The translations under genes were made by a program, and so were the position numbers. Under the pieces are notes generated by a model. It saw only the letters and a program-made list of their open reading frames with translations, made no database searches and was not told the DNA's origin. A stretch of DNA of 64,000 bases from Amphiscolops sp. MND2022 (Eukaryota), in the NCBI GenBank assembly GCA_964187785.1, contig OZ076410.1, forward strand, positions 53,630,001 through 53,694,000, in the 5' to 3' direction. Positions 23,465 to 35,489 of the stretch are shown piece by piece; position 1 is the first letter of the stretch, and every line of letters begins with the position of its first letter.

Positions 23465-24466
23465 TATACAAGTGCTTAAGATAAAATCTCAATGCAAAAG
23501 ATGAATCATTATTCCAAACAACTATTTCTTGAAAGAGGATGTCAACTAAATGTCAAAATAGAAAAGTTTTCAAACAGAATTTCAGTGAGCTTTGAAGTTC
23601 AAACCTATTTTTTTCCAATTTTGGTCAGAAACGTAGATCTAGGTCAACAGAACGTCATGATTGCAATCCTTTTAACCCAATAGTCCCCCATAGTTGAGCG
23701 TAGTGATTTGGAAAGCATAAAAGTGTCCCTGAAAGAGAAACAACGTCAGATGTGAAGAGCCTACTTGTAAAATTGCCAAAAAAAAACTTTTAAAGCTCTC
23801 GAAATCTAAAAACGAAACTAGGGAAATTCACACCCCCACCAAATCTGTCAGAATAACCCAAAATAGCGGACCGAACGTAACCAGTATCAATGAGGTCTCG
23901 ATGTAACGGATGCTGCCGTGTGGCTGGACGTTGGTAGAAAAGTATGAAGAACCTAAAAGGATGGAGCTTCCATCTTCCACTGGTTCCATTTCCCTCCTTG
24001 GGATGTTGTCCGTGAAGAGGTCCTGCTTCCGGTGGATATCCTTCGCTCAGTCTAAGTCCTAAACTGCAAAAAGTAACAGGCATTTGCCCACACAATGCAG
24101 CTGTTCCGATAGCCTATTGAGGATGCTGATCGAACAAACCGGAATATTCTGCCGAAAGAACCTTCAGTGGAAATTTCTACATCGAAATCTCAGAAAACTT
24201 GGCACATGTGGTGGTTGCCCAGAGCATTGTCAAGCAATCCGCTCCTAGTGGATTTAGTCAGCGCTGTTTGTCACAGAAAGTTTCCGTCTATAGATACCAG
24301 TCTAGTTTTTTTGCTGAGACTTTTTTTGCAGTTTTTTGTTCTATATGTTCAACTTCATCAGTGATTTCATATGGACATTAATCAGCTCTAAAATACCTTT
24401 ATGACCAATTTACGAGGCTAAAAAGTGGCAGAGAGCCCCTTTTTTGAATTGTTTTGTTAGTGTGCG

Positions 24467-25170
24467 TGTAACGTCTACCTTGCAGCGTCCATCTTAGAAG
24501 TGGGACAATGTCTAGATTGCTTGAACAAGAGACCAGTGTCTTACTACAACCTAGACATTAGTTTTTGTTCCCAAAATAGTCTCCTAAGGGGACTTTTCAT
24601 ACGTCTAAGGAGACTCCTCTGTTAGAGCTCCGAGGCAAGGTGCCGGCACTCTCAAAGTCCGGACACGTCCCACAAGCCTGTAAAAACGAATCCTGGGTTC
24701 CTGCGACTTCCTACATACTCCCGAGGTCCGAAAACAGGCTTTAGCGAAAGCTCTTTCTATTAGGTTAATAGTATCTAAAATGAAATAATTAGGATTTAGT
24801 AGATCCGGTAACATCCCCAATCTGCTAAATAACATTCAAAACGACAAAAAATTAATTGAAATCAGTAGTTCCAGCATTCTCGCGAAGTCTTCTGGGTCTT
24901 CCAGGCGAACCTTCGAAAGGTTGCTTCTTTCTTCTGTGTCTTTTTAGACAATTTCTGGGGTAAGACGGTAAAACACTACGTTTTTCCATCGATTTTCAGC
25001 TTTTCTGGGTTCTCCGTCTGTCTTTTCTGGGCTTTCACAAGTTTGGGGGTCTTCTTTCGCGGTCTTCTTAAGTCTTTTTTTGAGTTCAGGGACCTGCCAG
25101 GTCGGCCATTTTGAATCGCACATTTTTTGACTTTTCATCGAATGTTTGGTACCAACTGGTTGACGTTACA
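24467..25170 (-). repeat. Full-length LTR-like element (704 bp), candidate 3' LTR of Gypsy-2
   Basis: TGTAACGTC...GACGTTACA 9-bp inverted termini. Homologous to 63175-63822 and 16914-17232. No TSD and no obvious PPT. Confidence 0.65.
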
Positions 25171-25612
25171 ATTCATTTTGTTCTGTAAAACATTGTCTTA
25201 TGGATTATTTGCTATAAAAAGAGAATTGTTGCCTGGAGAGAAATACAGCAATCTGAAAACAAATTCGTTATGAAAAATTTCAAACTTTTCAGTTTGTTTC
25301 GTTTCAAAAAACTGGATTTTGACTCCTTCGAATTTTTTTTGAAGTAAAATCAGTTTGATTAAAAGATTTCAACCTTCATTCCTTGCCGTTTTGGTCAAAA
25401 TATCTTTTTTTGCAGTGGTACCTCGCGCGGCACTAACAAAAAACTACAAAAGAGTGGTGTGGTAAGACTGTTTTATTTTCGAATTTTAGGCAGAGAGGCA
25501 CCAAGTTGGGACCCACCTACTAGGTGGTATCTAGATCAACAAACGATCTACCGACCGCTAATTCATCTGGGGGGACCTCTTCAGTCATCTCGACTTCGGC
25601 AGCTACCTGAAC

Positions 25613-28600
25613 CTAGATCGGATTTGCTTGGCTTGAGTCCACGAATGATGGGTAGGAACTTTCAGTGGCAGCTGTCTCTAACTCATTGGTTTCTTTAGTA
25701 GGGCTCTCAAGCGACACTTCGTGCAATTTATTAGCAATTTGTTGGTATCCATATTGCAAAAACCAATCATTGTATGCCCTATTTGCTTTGGCGTAGCCCT
25801 CGCCCACTGAACTTCCGCGCTCTCGCTGTCGACCTAATAAATCCAGAAAGATTTTCAGAACCATCTTTGGATTGCTTGGATTATACTTGCTCACTGGTTG
25901 CTCATGTTTGTTCTAACAATAGGCTCCCGTGCTACCAAAGCATAGTTGTTTTCATTGTCTGATACTGCAGATGGATGGCTTGGTCTACCAGTTCTGGCTT
26001 TGTCCAGTAGGTGATGTGATTGTTTCTCAATATGGTGGCAGTGTTGACACGGGGTTCCGCCCTCGCGCAGTACATCCTTGATGTGTCACACATATAACGA
26101 TAATGCAAGCCACTGGGCGCCCCTCCGCGTATTCTGCCGCCTAGTTGCTGTATCACTGCTGTTAGGTGCGCAGGATCACCGCTACATACCACAACCCAGT
26201 CAGGAAAATCATCTTCCGCACCTGTTTTTGGGTTGAGAGGGATATGTAACTACCCAACTGGATGAACTCCTACGGTCAGGGGAAGAGCGCACCGCGCTCG
26301 TGCTCGTATCAGCGTTGAATAATTATATTCCACTCGCTTCCTGTCTTTAATGATTGTATAGGCCAATAGAGACAGCAAATTAGCGAATTTACGAATTATG
26401 GCCCGGAAAGTGCTCGTCTCGAGTTGCCACAGCTTACAAATTACAAAATTGAGAATGTGGGGGCATTGGCAGCAACCTTCAAAGGTTGTGTGGGGTATCT
26501 GAGAGCCACCACGGCACCAAACATGAGCAAACTATCGGAGCATTGAGCGGGAGCAGAACAGGTCCTCTGTTTCCACTAGCTTGAGACTAGCTATTTGAGA
26601 AGGGATTAAGAATACAGGAAATTATGTTGTTTCTCGTCTTCGGAGCTTCTACGTTGTTGTCTAACTGCGTTTTCAATTGCAAGGATCACGCTGGGTCGAT
26701 GGTGTTGATCAGTCCATGAAGCCAAGTTCCATGATTCATTGCAAACACTAAAAAGGTGAATAAACATGTGTTGGTCTTGTTCAATACCATTCTCTTGATC
26801 AGATGAGTTGGGCTTTAGTATACAGCACTGAGGCCTACTGACATCAAGTATGCCAAGATTTCACTCTCAGAAGCCTCTTTTATAGCCTCTTGGTACAATT
26901 GTGTCTGCTGGTCAACCCAAGTTCTTTCTACTTGTGCTTTTCCACTAGGTTCGGAAGCCAGAAGGGAGAGATGTTATATCAGAAAAAGAAAACGGCATGT
27001 TGTGTCGCTCTGCAACCTGAGCCAGTGTCTCTTCCAGTAGTAGATGCCATGTGTGGTACGTTTGTCTCGGATCTTTCGTATTTCTGCGTACATCGTCTCG
27101 TGTCATTATGACCAGTAGCGCCAATGTGGGGGAAACTGTGCTTGTGCATCTACTGCTGGTGTAGTTGTAGTGAAGACGGTTTATCCAGTCTCTTCTGCCT
27201 TGTTCCTTCGTTTTTTTTGAAAATGGCTACTTGCTCTTTGTAGCACTTAGGCTTGTGAGTCATTTCGTCCAGCGTGGAGTCATCTCTTCGCTCAAGCTAG
27301 AGGTTGTCTAGCATGTTTCCTTTCTCGACTGGGGTCAAATCACTGTCTTGACGAACTCCATTCTCGCCCAACGATATGTGAACCTTCTGCATCCCAAAAT
27401 CGAATGCCGTATATTCATCGACGAGCATCCGAGAGTTTCCTTTGTATCCTGTGTCAGCCTGCAAGGTCTTCAATTTTTCCGGCAAAAATAAGGCAAAATG
27501 GATAGGGCGTCTCGCAGCTGCATCACGAACTTGCACTGATATCTGAGGTTTGGCTCCACTATGTGAAGGCAAGGGTCGCGTGCAAAAGCTGCCTCTGTTA
27601 CTAGGTACAGGAATTGTTGCACGGGCCTGGGTAGTTGGATTTCGCATGATGGAGAGACAAAAATGACTCCCGCCTTTGTTTTCTTGTTTCTGACGGAACG
27701 TACTGCGTTCTTCATGGCTTCAAATTATGCTATCACTTGGTCTGTCATGAAACCTTCAGTTAATCGTGGGTGTTCTGGCTCTAAATACCTCAATGTGCCC
27801 CGCAGTGCGAAGTGATCTATCACATTGCAGTAGATTAGGGATGGGGGAAAGGGGAGAAAGTCTCAGCTGCTGCAGGACCGAAAACCTTGCACATCACGTC
27901 GGTCTTGTCTTCTACCGAAGAACAAGGCATATTCGTCACTCGCACGTTCATGAGGGTGTAATGCATGTTGCTGGAGGACCTCATGGTTGAGTCTACAAAT
28001 AAAACAAATCCTGGCCTTCTGCAGAACTTCTTTTCCTATAGTGAGCAGACCCCTAATGAAGTCTTTGTTGCGGAAGAGGCTTTGTTCATATCGGCCAGCT
28101 TGTTGCTTGCTTAATTTGAGGTCCGGGGTAATGGCTTGATGTAAGGGGAGTCAGCTTTTTGTAGATTTGCGCGCAGCCTTTCAAACCATGGTGGGTAACG
28201 ATCTGGTTGGAAAACTACCCTTTTGACCAGACGAAGGTAATGAGCACCAATCGTGGCTTTTTCTAGAGTCCTCTCCTTTTCCCGGTCTCCTCTACTGGTC
28301 ACTTCAAATCTCAACAAATTGTGATGATTTTTCTCAGCAATTACAGGAATTTCGTGCTGCAGACGCACTGCGTCTCTAGCTGTGATGTCTAACTGCTCTG
28401 CATCGGATGATGAAAGCAATTTCCTGCCTAATCTAACTCTTCTAGCCTCGGGCTGTTGTGTGCGGAAGGGGTTTGGAGTTCGATTTGCGTTGGCTTGCTT
28501 CCTTGCTTTCTTGTTTGTACTGAGTATGGTCCTGAGATCTACAGGGGTTTTGGCAGCATGACTTTCAGCATGTTGCTGTTGCTGTTGGCGCTCCTTTAAT

Positions 28601-29541
28601 TGTGGGTCCTTTTGGTACCCTATCAGTGGTTGTGGATCACCTCTAGGGGCCTTGTCTTTAGACGTGGATGGTTTCATTGCGACGTATGAATCTTGGAACG
28701 TCATTGTCCTGGGTGGTAGATCATTCACTGCAATTTGCAAAGAATGAAGCGTATCTTGTGGTTGTTCGGGAAATTGTTCTGGAAGTACTTTGTTGACCTC
28801 TATCCCAGCTCCCCTGGAAAGCTGAAAGAAGCATGAAGTTCGAGCTAGGTTGCATCGAGAGGCGAATGCTGGCGGATGCAAAAGGCATGAGAAGGGTTAG
28901 GGTAGGATGTGGGATTACGGGCAAAGTACAGATAAAGTGTGGCAAGTTTTGCGGCAAGACTGGAGGCAGAGGCTTGTTCAAAATGCCCTGGTAGAGAGGA
29001 AGGGTGTGGGGAAGTGAGGGTTTGCTTTCGTAGAGAACGTTCTTGATCCATAGAAGGCCAAATAGGCTCGTCATAGGTGGAGTGGGATCGAGGATTGCCA
29101 AAACTGTGGGTTAGAATGTAGTCGTGCCAGACTCCATCTCGAAAACGTGCGGCACACTCGGCAGATCCAATGCCACTGGAGACCGTTGGAACGAGATGGG
29201 GGTGGTCAGTTTGCGCTTGCATTCGTGCAATGAGCATGGCAATGCCAGCAACTAGGGTCGGAGTAGCCACAGTCTGTAGGGTATTCCGCATAAGCGCCAA
29301 GTGATCGACTCGGCATTGATTTCTCCTGGAGAGAGCGTGGCAGGCGATGTTTCTGGTTGAGGTAGCTGCTGACGATTGGTTGTCTTGTCTGATTGGAGGG
29401 CGCGGGCATGCGCTGGCGGGAAGATTTATCCATATTGGATAGTTGTACAGATGGTAGCACTTGAGGCCAGTGATTACGACAATCATAAGTAGGGGCAGTA
29501 TAGCGCAAAGGGAATGCAACAGGACTAAAAATAGGCGCCAA
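25613..29541 (-). pseudogene. Disrupted accessory ORF(s) of Gypsy-2: Cys/His finger, disordered linker, possible SGNH-like alpha/beta domain
   Basis: CWHC...CRVC near 29150-29240; Q/P-rich 28111-28881; LIYCNVIDH...AMKNAVRSVRNKKTKAGVIFVSP at ~27650-27830. Confidence 0.35.
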
Positions 29542-29724
29542 TTAATTTCACAACATTTTTAAACGGATAGACTTGAAGGAAATCGAACTAAAACTAGGAG
29601 TACGAAACCACGCTAGGTGAACGCACCTGAAGGTAACAAGCGAAAATATTAAAATTATGAATAAAAAATGAGGTTTAAAAGAGACGTCAATTTCCTTTCA
29701 AGGAGCTCGTATTGGTTCCATCTG

Positions 29725-30189
29725 TTATCTACCATTTGTGGCTGTTGCTGATGCTATTGATACGTAGGCACGGCCTTGAAGCACTATTTCGGTGTTTGAT
29801 TCGGTGAAATGATCTTTAAGTATTGCGTACCAGGTTGGAAGTATGTTGTTCGAACATTCGGGATCGTAAATGGGAAAACGGACTTCTGCAATGCAATTTT
29901 GATCGAGTTGGCGTATCAGATTGAATAAACATAGATGTAATACTTCATGTAACATAGGATGTTTGTTAGAAGCTCTTGTGAAAAGTAAGAAGACTTCGTT
30001 AGTCGAAGGTGCAATTGGTGATTTAGCTAGGTGGACGGCTTCTCCGATGACTGGACGGAGCTGAAAAATCTCCTCTTGTCCATATTCTCGGATTACGTAG
30101 CGCGTCATTGCCAAGTAAGACACATTGTCCGCAGGACAACACAAAACTAGCGTGCCGGTAATATGTCGGTATCGGCATAAGATATCCAA
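29725..30189 (-). CDS. Putative TARG1/OARD1-like macrodomain (154-aa open segment)
   Basis: DIL..TLVLCCPAD..REYG.EEIFQLRPVIGEAVHL..VFLLFTR..HP..LHLCLFNL..IAEVRFP..W..ILKDHF....IVL follows the recalled TARG1 secondary-structure pattern. Confidence 0.45.
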   Translation of the reverse strand: MDILCRYRHITGTLVLCCPADNVSYLAMTRYVIREYGQEEIFQLRPVIGEAVHLAKSPIAPSTNEVFLLFTRASNKHPMLHEVLHLCLFNLIRQLDQNCIAEVRFPIYDPECSNNILPTWYAILKDHFTESNTEIVLQGRAYVSIASATATNGR

Positions 30190-30875
30190 GGCAAGTAGTT
30201 TGCTCTAGTCTTGGGATGCCTGATCAACCTTTTACTTATGGTGTTGTTGGAGTTTTTGGATGATGGTGGTGCCAGGTGCTCAAAAAGAGCCCTTCCCTCC
30301 TGCCACACAGTACAGCGCAAGGGTCGGTGGGCCATACTGCTGCAAGAGCAATCATGGTCTATGGAGAGTGCTTCAAGCACAGTGATTGGCTTCTAAAGCG
30401 TGTAGGTATGCTGGTCCAAAATACGTATTTGCGCTTGTCGGCAGAAACTAATTGCCACTAATTAATGCCAATGTTGGCTGAAGGAAGTTTTCGCGATTTT
30501 TGTCCGCTAGGTGAAAGCAAAGAGTGGTGTTGAGTTGTACTAGAGTTCGCAAGTTTTCCAGGCAAATCAACAATGTGGTTGGTGATACAGGTGATACTTC
30601 ATCCAAAGAGGTGACTTGTGGCCACCAACCGTTGGTATAGGTCTCGTGACGGTGAAGCAAGGCGATATTGTTTCCATAATTGCTGTGCAGTGATGCAACA
30701 AACTATTGCCCTCTCGCCATCCTCTGGATCGATTTTTCCAAACACCATTGTGGGTGGTAGTGGAGGTGGGACAGCGGGTAATGTGAACTCGAGATCACTC
30801 CGGTCATGTCGCGTCCATTCTTTAAAACGATAGTTGAGACAATCGGAGGGAGAAGTGTAGTGCATCAATTTCAGT

Positions 30876-30881
30876 GTGGTT
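30876..30881 (+). repeat. Polinton target-site duplication, left (GTGGTT)
   Basis: Identical to 52354-52359. Confidence 0.92.
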
Positions 30882-30955
30882 AGAAGAATACAACTGCAAA
30901 TAAAACAGGTACCAATAACATTTATGAACCAGTTAACATTAAGACTATTAAACTA
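30882..30955 (+). repeat. Polinton left TIR
   Basis: AGAAGAATACAACTGCAAATAAAACAGGTACCAATAACATTTATGAACCAGT; 3 mismatches in 52 bp against the right TIR, weaker match for ~20 bp further. Confidence 0.88.
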
Positions 30956-31069
30956 TGAAAAAAAAACAAACCAAAGGTAGATTGATTGACGGAAAAAGTA
31001 AAGACGAGGACAATAATAGTTGTAGAAAAAAGTAGAAAAAAGGCTTTTTCCGGGAGGCAGGTGAAGGAG

Positions 31070-31903
31070 CTATTGCCATGGGCAGCTCCAGAAGTCTTTG
31101 TCCTGCTCACAAATTGCCTCAATGTGACGAGCAGCCTGCGTGAGTTCTACAGCAGTAAAACCTGTATTTACGCTCAGGAGACGTGGGAACTTGATCCCCA
31201 ACTTGTAAAAATGTTTCGCTTCGGAAACTTTACTTTTTCCGAAGGAAACTGAAAATTTTTTTAGTTCCTCCACAATCACTTTATCTTTTCGGGAACCTAT
31301 CCCCTCCTGTATTATCTCCAAATTTTTTTGCTATCGCAAATAGCTGAGGGGTAAACCCTTTGTCCCGCAAGCTGTCCAATTCTCGGAGATTTTTGCAGAT
31401 TCTCGCCATAGTTGAGCGCTCTGCGAAGAGGCTTTCATCCAGCGGACTAACTACTATAGGGGTCACGCTCATTACCGCTGCCGAAAGTCGAGCTCTCACT
31501 TCCGACTCCGAGAACTGCACATTTAGTTTTTTGGCAGACGAAGGACCAGCTGTAGCAGGGGAAGTTCGGGTGCTCTTCACGCCGATGGGTGAAAAGACAC
31601 CAAACTCAGACAGCAAAAAGGCAGGGGAAACTAGTTGAGGCGTTGCTGGCAATCTGTTAATGAGTGCAGGAAGGCATCCAACTCCTTGCAGAGTGGTTCG
31701 CGATGTTGTTGATACTTAAAAGCGACCCTCAAGAACCGAAAGCTGTCTATGAGACAGCAACCCCTCCAACAAAGCTGCTTTACACGAGCAAAGAGACTCA
31801 GCCTATCTTTGCGGCAACTAAACAAAAAACATGTAAACAAGAAATACGTACAATTCAACCGTACGTAGACAAAACTTGAAGAAGTTACAGAAAGCTGCAT
31901 CAA
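31070..31903 (-). pseudogene. Polinton accessory ORF fragments of unknown function
   Basis: Overlapping minus-strand ORFs 31070-31321, 31281-31652 and 31631-31903; no motif recognised. Confidence 0.3.
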
Positions 31904-31962
31904 GTAGCTGACACACTGTTATTAATTTTAAAATCACTTTTTGTACAAATCACGGGCATGTA

Positions 31963-32444
31963 TCAAAAATTAGTGCTGATGAATCGCAAAATGTCTTCTT
32001 CTGTGGCATAAGCTGGAAAAGTGGAAAAGTCTAATAAAGTGTTATTCGTTTTCAATGATTGCTTAGTCCTATAAAAAAATGAGCAGTATAAACACAGTAT
32101 ATGCCACAGAGTTGACTTTCAACGGGTTGTAACATAGTTGAAGCTGGTATATATTGATGAATTTTTTGTTTGGTTGACTTTGTACATTCGTTCACTTTGT
32201 TGTATATTACTCCAAAAAACTGCTCAAAGTCTCGACCGAAGCTGTCATACAGTAAAACATTGTCGTTTTTTGATGCTATAAGTAGCCAATGTTCCCCTGG
32301 TTGGTTGAAGGCATTCGTAATAACAATATTAAACTGATTTGGCGACAATTTAGGGAAGGTGTCTCGTGAAAAACATCCTCGGAACTTGAATTTCAGCAAC
32401 GGGTCTTTGTTGATTAGGTCAGTCCTTTGAGTGTTGTCAACCAT
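31963..32444 (-). pseudogene. Adenain-like cysteine protease (Polinton PRO), frameshifted near the C-terminus
   Basis: FRGCFSRD..P, GEHW, YDSFG and Q..ESQLCGIYC catalytic motifs; C-terminal tail (FPAYATEEDILRFISTNF) in another frame. Confidence 0.88.
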
Positions 32445-33765
32445 TGTAAATGCTCGAATTCTTGATAACTTCCCAATTGCGATCGACCAACACGACGGAA
32501 CGCCTCTCACCCAACACAATGAGACGAATTGGTTTTGAAACAGCTTTTGAAAACTTGAGCTCCAGCCCCAGTTGTGCACCAGTGAGTTCTGGACGAATTG
32601 TGTTGTCTTCTATATGATAATCGGCAGTGAGTTTGAACACGAGACAGAAATGATTGCCAAAGTTGTCTAAGGGTATTCCATTCCCTCCATGCTCAAAACC
32701 TAATGATTTGAGCGTGTTAAAGTATGAACGAACCAAATTGTCGTTCAAGTGCATCGGTGTTGCGCCAACAAGCGCTCCTTCTCGGTTCAAGCGAAGTACT
32801 TCAAGATCCATTTGTTGAAAATGGAAAAGATTTGTCTCAAAATTCCCGCTGAAATTTGTTCCGGGAACCATGGACAAAACTGTAGGGGCACGATTGAAAA
32901 TGTCATCTCGGTAAAACATTGTTACTCCAGAAGAAATGAGAAATGATTTTGAAACTGTTTCTCGAAAGTCATAATGAGCTGTTTTCCTCGAAAACATTAG
33001 TTCAATTGTCAAATAAGTTTCGTTTTTTAACTCTACCTTGTGTACTAGTAGCGAGGCACTGACAATTTGAACGGACAAATCGGCTTGTGAGTCTTTCGAA
33101 ACATCGCTGTGCATCATAACAAACTGATCTGGCGCTCGATATAGTTTGACTCGTACCTCAACTCCAGCCAGCAAGAACTTGTGGTTGTCTGCTAGGAAGC
33201 TATCAGCAAGCCGCCCATATAAACTCCACTTTGACGTAAGTATTTCCCCGAGCTTTTTACCGTTGGAAAATGCTTCATCTGACACGTCACAAGGGTTATC
33301 TTCAAACTGATATCCCTGGCAACGCAACCAGCCCTCTTTACAAGAAGCGTTATGCGACAGTTCTGCCTCGACCAATGCCTTGTAGGGATCTAAATTGTTT
33401 GGTGAAGATACAGGTGCTCCGTTCAAAGAAATTTCTACGTTCTGAAATAGACTATGCATCAAATTGTTGACAAAAACGGGTTTCTTGTCTATTTCAAAGT
33501 CTGCTTCAGTTTCTTTTCCGGTATATTTCATTTTGACATCGAGTTTCAAAAACAAATTGACCAAATCTATCACTGTGCCACCAATATCAGTCTTGGATCC
33601 CTGGAAGTCAAATTCCAACACTGTCCCGTCAGCACTGTTGGGGGTGAATACTTCTTCATGATATCCTCGCTGAAAGTCGACTAGTATGTCGGATGCCCCA
33701 AATAAAGACAAACCGGAGTGCATTCCCGGTGTCGGTGGTTCTGAGTAAACAAATGTCTCGGGCAT
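32437..33765 (-). CDS. Polinton major capsid protein (double jelly-roll, PY), 442 aa, open ORF
   Basis: LSLF..DILVDF, VLEFDF, NNLMHSLFQNVEISLNG, PYKALVE, FLLAGVEVRVKLYR and FKLTAD; size and position are typical. Confidence 0.88.
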   Translation of the reverse strand: MPETFVYSEPPTPGMHSGLSLFGASDILVDFQRGYHEEVFTPNSADGTVLEFDFQGSKTDIGGTVIDLVNLFLKLDVKMKYTGKETEADFEIDKKPVFVNNLMHSLFQNVEISLNGAPVSSPNNLDPYKALVEAELSHNASCKEGWLRCQGYQFEDNPCDVSDEAFSNGKKLGEILTSKWSLYGRLADSFLADNHKFLLAGVEVRVKLYRAPDQFVMMHSDVSKDSQADLSVQIVSASLLVHKVELKNETYLTIELMFSRKTAHYDFRETVSKSFLISSGVTMFYRDDIFNRAPTVLSMVPGTNFSGNFETNLFHFQQMDLEVLRLNREGALVGATPMHLNDNLVRSYFNTLKSLGFEHGGNGIPLDNFGNHFCLVFKLTADYHIEDNTIRPELTGAQLGLELKFSKAVSKPIRLIVLGERRSVVLVDRNWEVIKNSSIYNG

Positions 33766-33965
33766 TTTGTAAAATGAAACACGATAAACTACTAATAGGA
33801 AAAAAGATTAAAGGCAATTGGTCAGCAAAGTAAATGTTTCAAGTGCATCAAATTGTTTCTGTATAGGGTTAATTACGCGTGAGCAACAATGGATGCAAAA
33901 AAGTGTTGACGACTTCTTTTTTTTTCTTGTGGCGTTTACCAGCTGGTTCCTGGGAGCGTTTCTTC

Positions 33966-34419
33966 TTAAATGCTCTCTTCTATTTTTTTCGAAGGTGTGC
34001 GTTTTCGAAATTGACGATTTGACTTATTTGATTTTGCAAACGATGGTCTTTTTTTCTTTGATGTCTTTTTTCTCTTGTTTTTTGACACAGCTTTCCTCTT
34101 TGTCCTTCCCCGACCACCTCGAATCTGCTGACGAATGGTCTTTTTGACGGCATTTTTCATGGCAGTTTTCGGCTTGTTTGTCCCATCTAAAATATTGAGG
34201 ACTTCAGGTGCAGCTTGCGTCAGAAACGATTTGGCCACGAAGGCCATACCGTTTGACCATTGGTATCACAAAACCTCTAAGACCGGCTTTAATTGCTGCA
34301 CCTATGCCACTGCCACACTGTCGATATGGTGATCCTTGGAAATAATTCACATTCGTGGGATGTACTCGGTTGTGATTGGGAAGGGAACCTGATGATGTTC
34401 GAGACATTGGGTTCGACAA
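33966..34419 (-). pseudogene. Basic putative DNA-condensing core protein, frameshifted
   Basis: FQGSPYRQCGSGIG (QxGxG motif) followed by a very K/R-rich tail; lies between penton and MCP. Confidence 0.6.
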
Positions 34420-34590
34420 GGATTATAGGGGAGGCAACTGATATTTTCTTTTAGGAGTTGCTCTAAAAACTCGAAAAGAGACCGAGAATTCCACATACGG
34501 CTGATTTGGGGCAAACGATTTGGGAAAAATGGAAAGCGATAATTCGAATAGAGTAAAAAAATTGATACTCTAAAAACATCAAAAGAAAGC

Positions 34591-35414
34591 TCAGTTTTTC
34601 CGACAAAAGGAAAGTGTGACAGTCGTGGGGCCGACACCAACGAAAGGCAACAAATCTCCTGTGTCGGTGCGCAAATCAATGAGTATGTCAATCAGATTCT
34701 TTCTCGAAACATTTTTGAATGTTGGGTTGGGGAAGGACACAAAGGAGCAGGCGCCATACCCGAAGGAGCCTCCAGGTTTCTCTTCCTCCTCCTTTGGTGG
34801 CATTTGTTGTGGGTTGAATAGAGGAAAAGTGTTTAGGAGTGGAGCTCGTCTGTTGCCAACAAATTGTTGCTCAATGAAGTCCCCGTACACGTATACTTGA
34901 TGCCAATGATGAATGTCTACAGAAAAGTATGATGGCATGTCATGATAGAGGGGTGGATGCTTCCAAGGATTTGTAACTTGCTTACATCCGAGAATGTGAA
35001 AGAGATCGGGGTACTTGGCAGCAAACCTGGCGGTATCTGGATAATTCAGCATGAATTTGCCCTCAAGGTCGATTTTCCAACTGAAATGTTTTTTTAACTG
35101 TTCCTTATTCCACACATCCCGTGCATAATGAATGCCTCTGTTCATCTCTTCAATGATCTGTTCAATGTCTGTATAGACGCCTCTCCCAACCTTGCAATTT
35201 TTCATCCACTTTTTTCCACCCACATGGTAATAAAAATTAAAAGTAGACTCTCTCACGTTGTATATTTTTCGGGGATAGGTAATCTCTGTCAATCTGACTT
35301 CCCATTTTCCGTCCAGTTCAATTGTTGTCGGGTTCTGAAAGATGCCAATGTATTCGTGGGATACACGTCTGAGGACGCGTTAGATGATAGAGTAACAGTG
35401 AAGTTGTCGGTCAT
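34591..35414 (-). pseudogene. Polinton minor capsid protein (penton, PX), frameshifted near the N-terminus
   Basis: FTVTLSSNASSDVYPTNTLASFRT; EITYP; VYVYGDFIEQQFVGNRRAPLL; IDLRTDTGDLLPF..VTLSF. Confidence 0.85.
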
Positions 35415-35489
35415 TGTCTTCAAACTTTTTTTAGTTGAAACGGTGATTGAAAATTGACTTTGGGTAGGCAAATAGCATGTACTTGGTGA

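Larger units (their letters stand above)
25613..30881 (-). mobile_element. 3' part of the large Gypsy-2 element (post-integrase extension and accessory ORFs)
   Basis: The frame rejoins 52354+ across the Polinton TSD (PPLETT-LKLMHYTSPS). Dense, broken minus-strand ORFs. Confidence 0.65.

Noticed and set aside
25613-29541. Retroviral-type env gene
   Set aside because: No convincing signal peptide, furin site or C-terminal TM anchor in a consistent frame.
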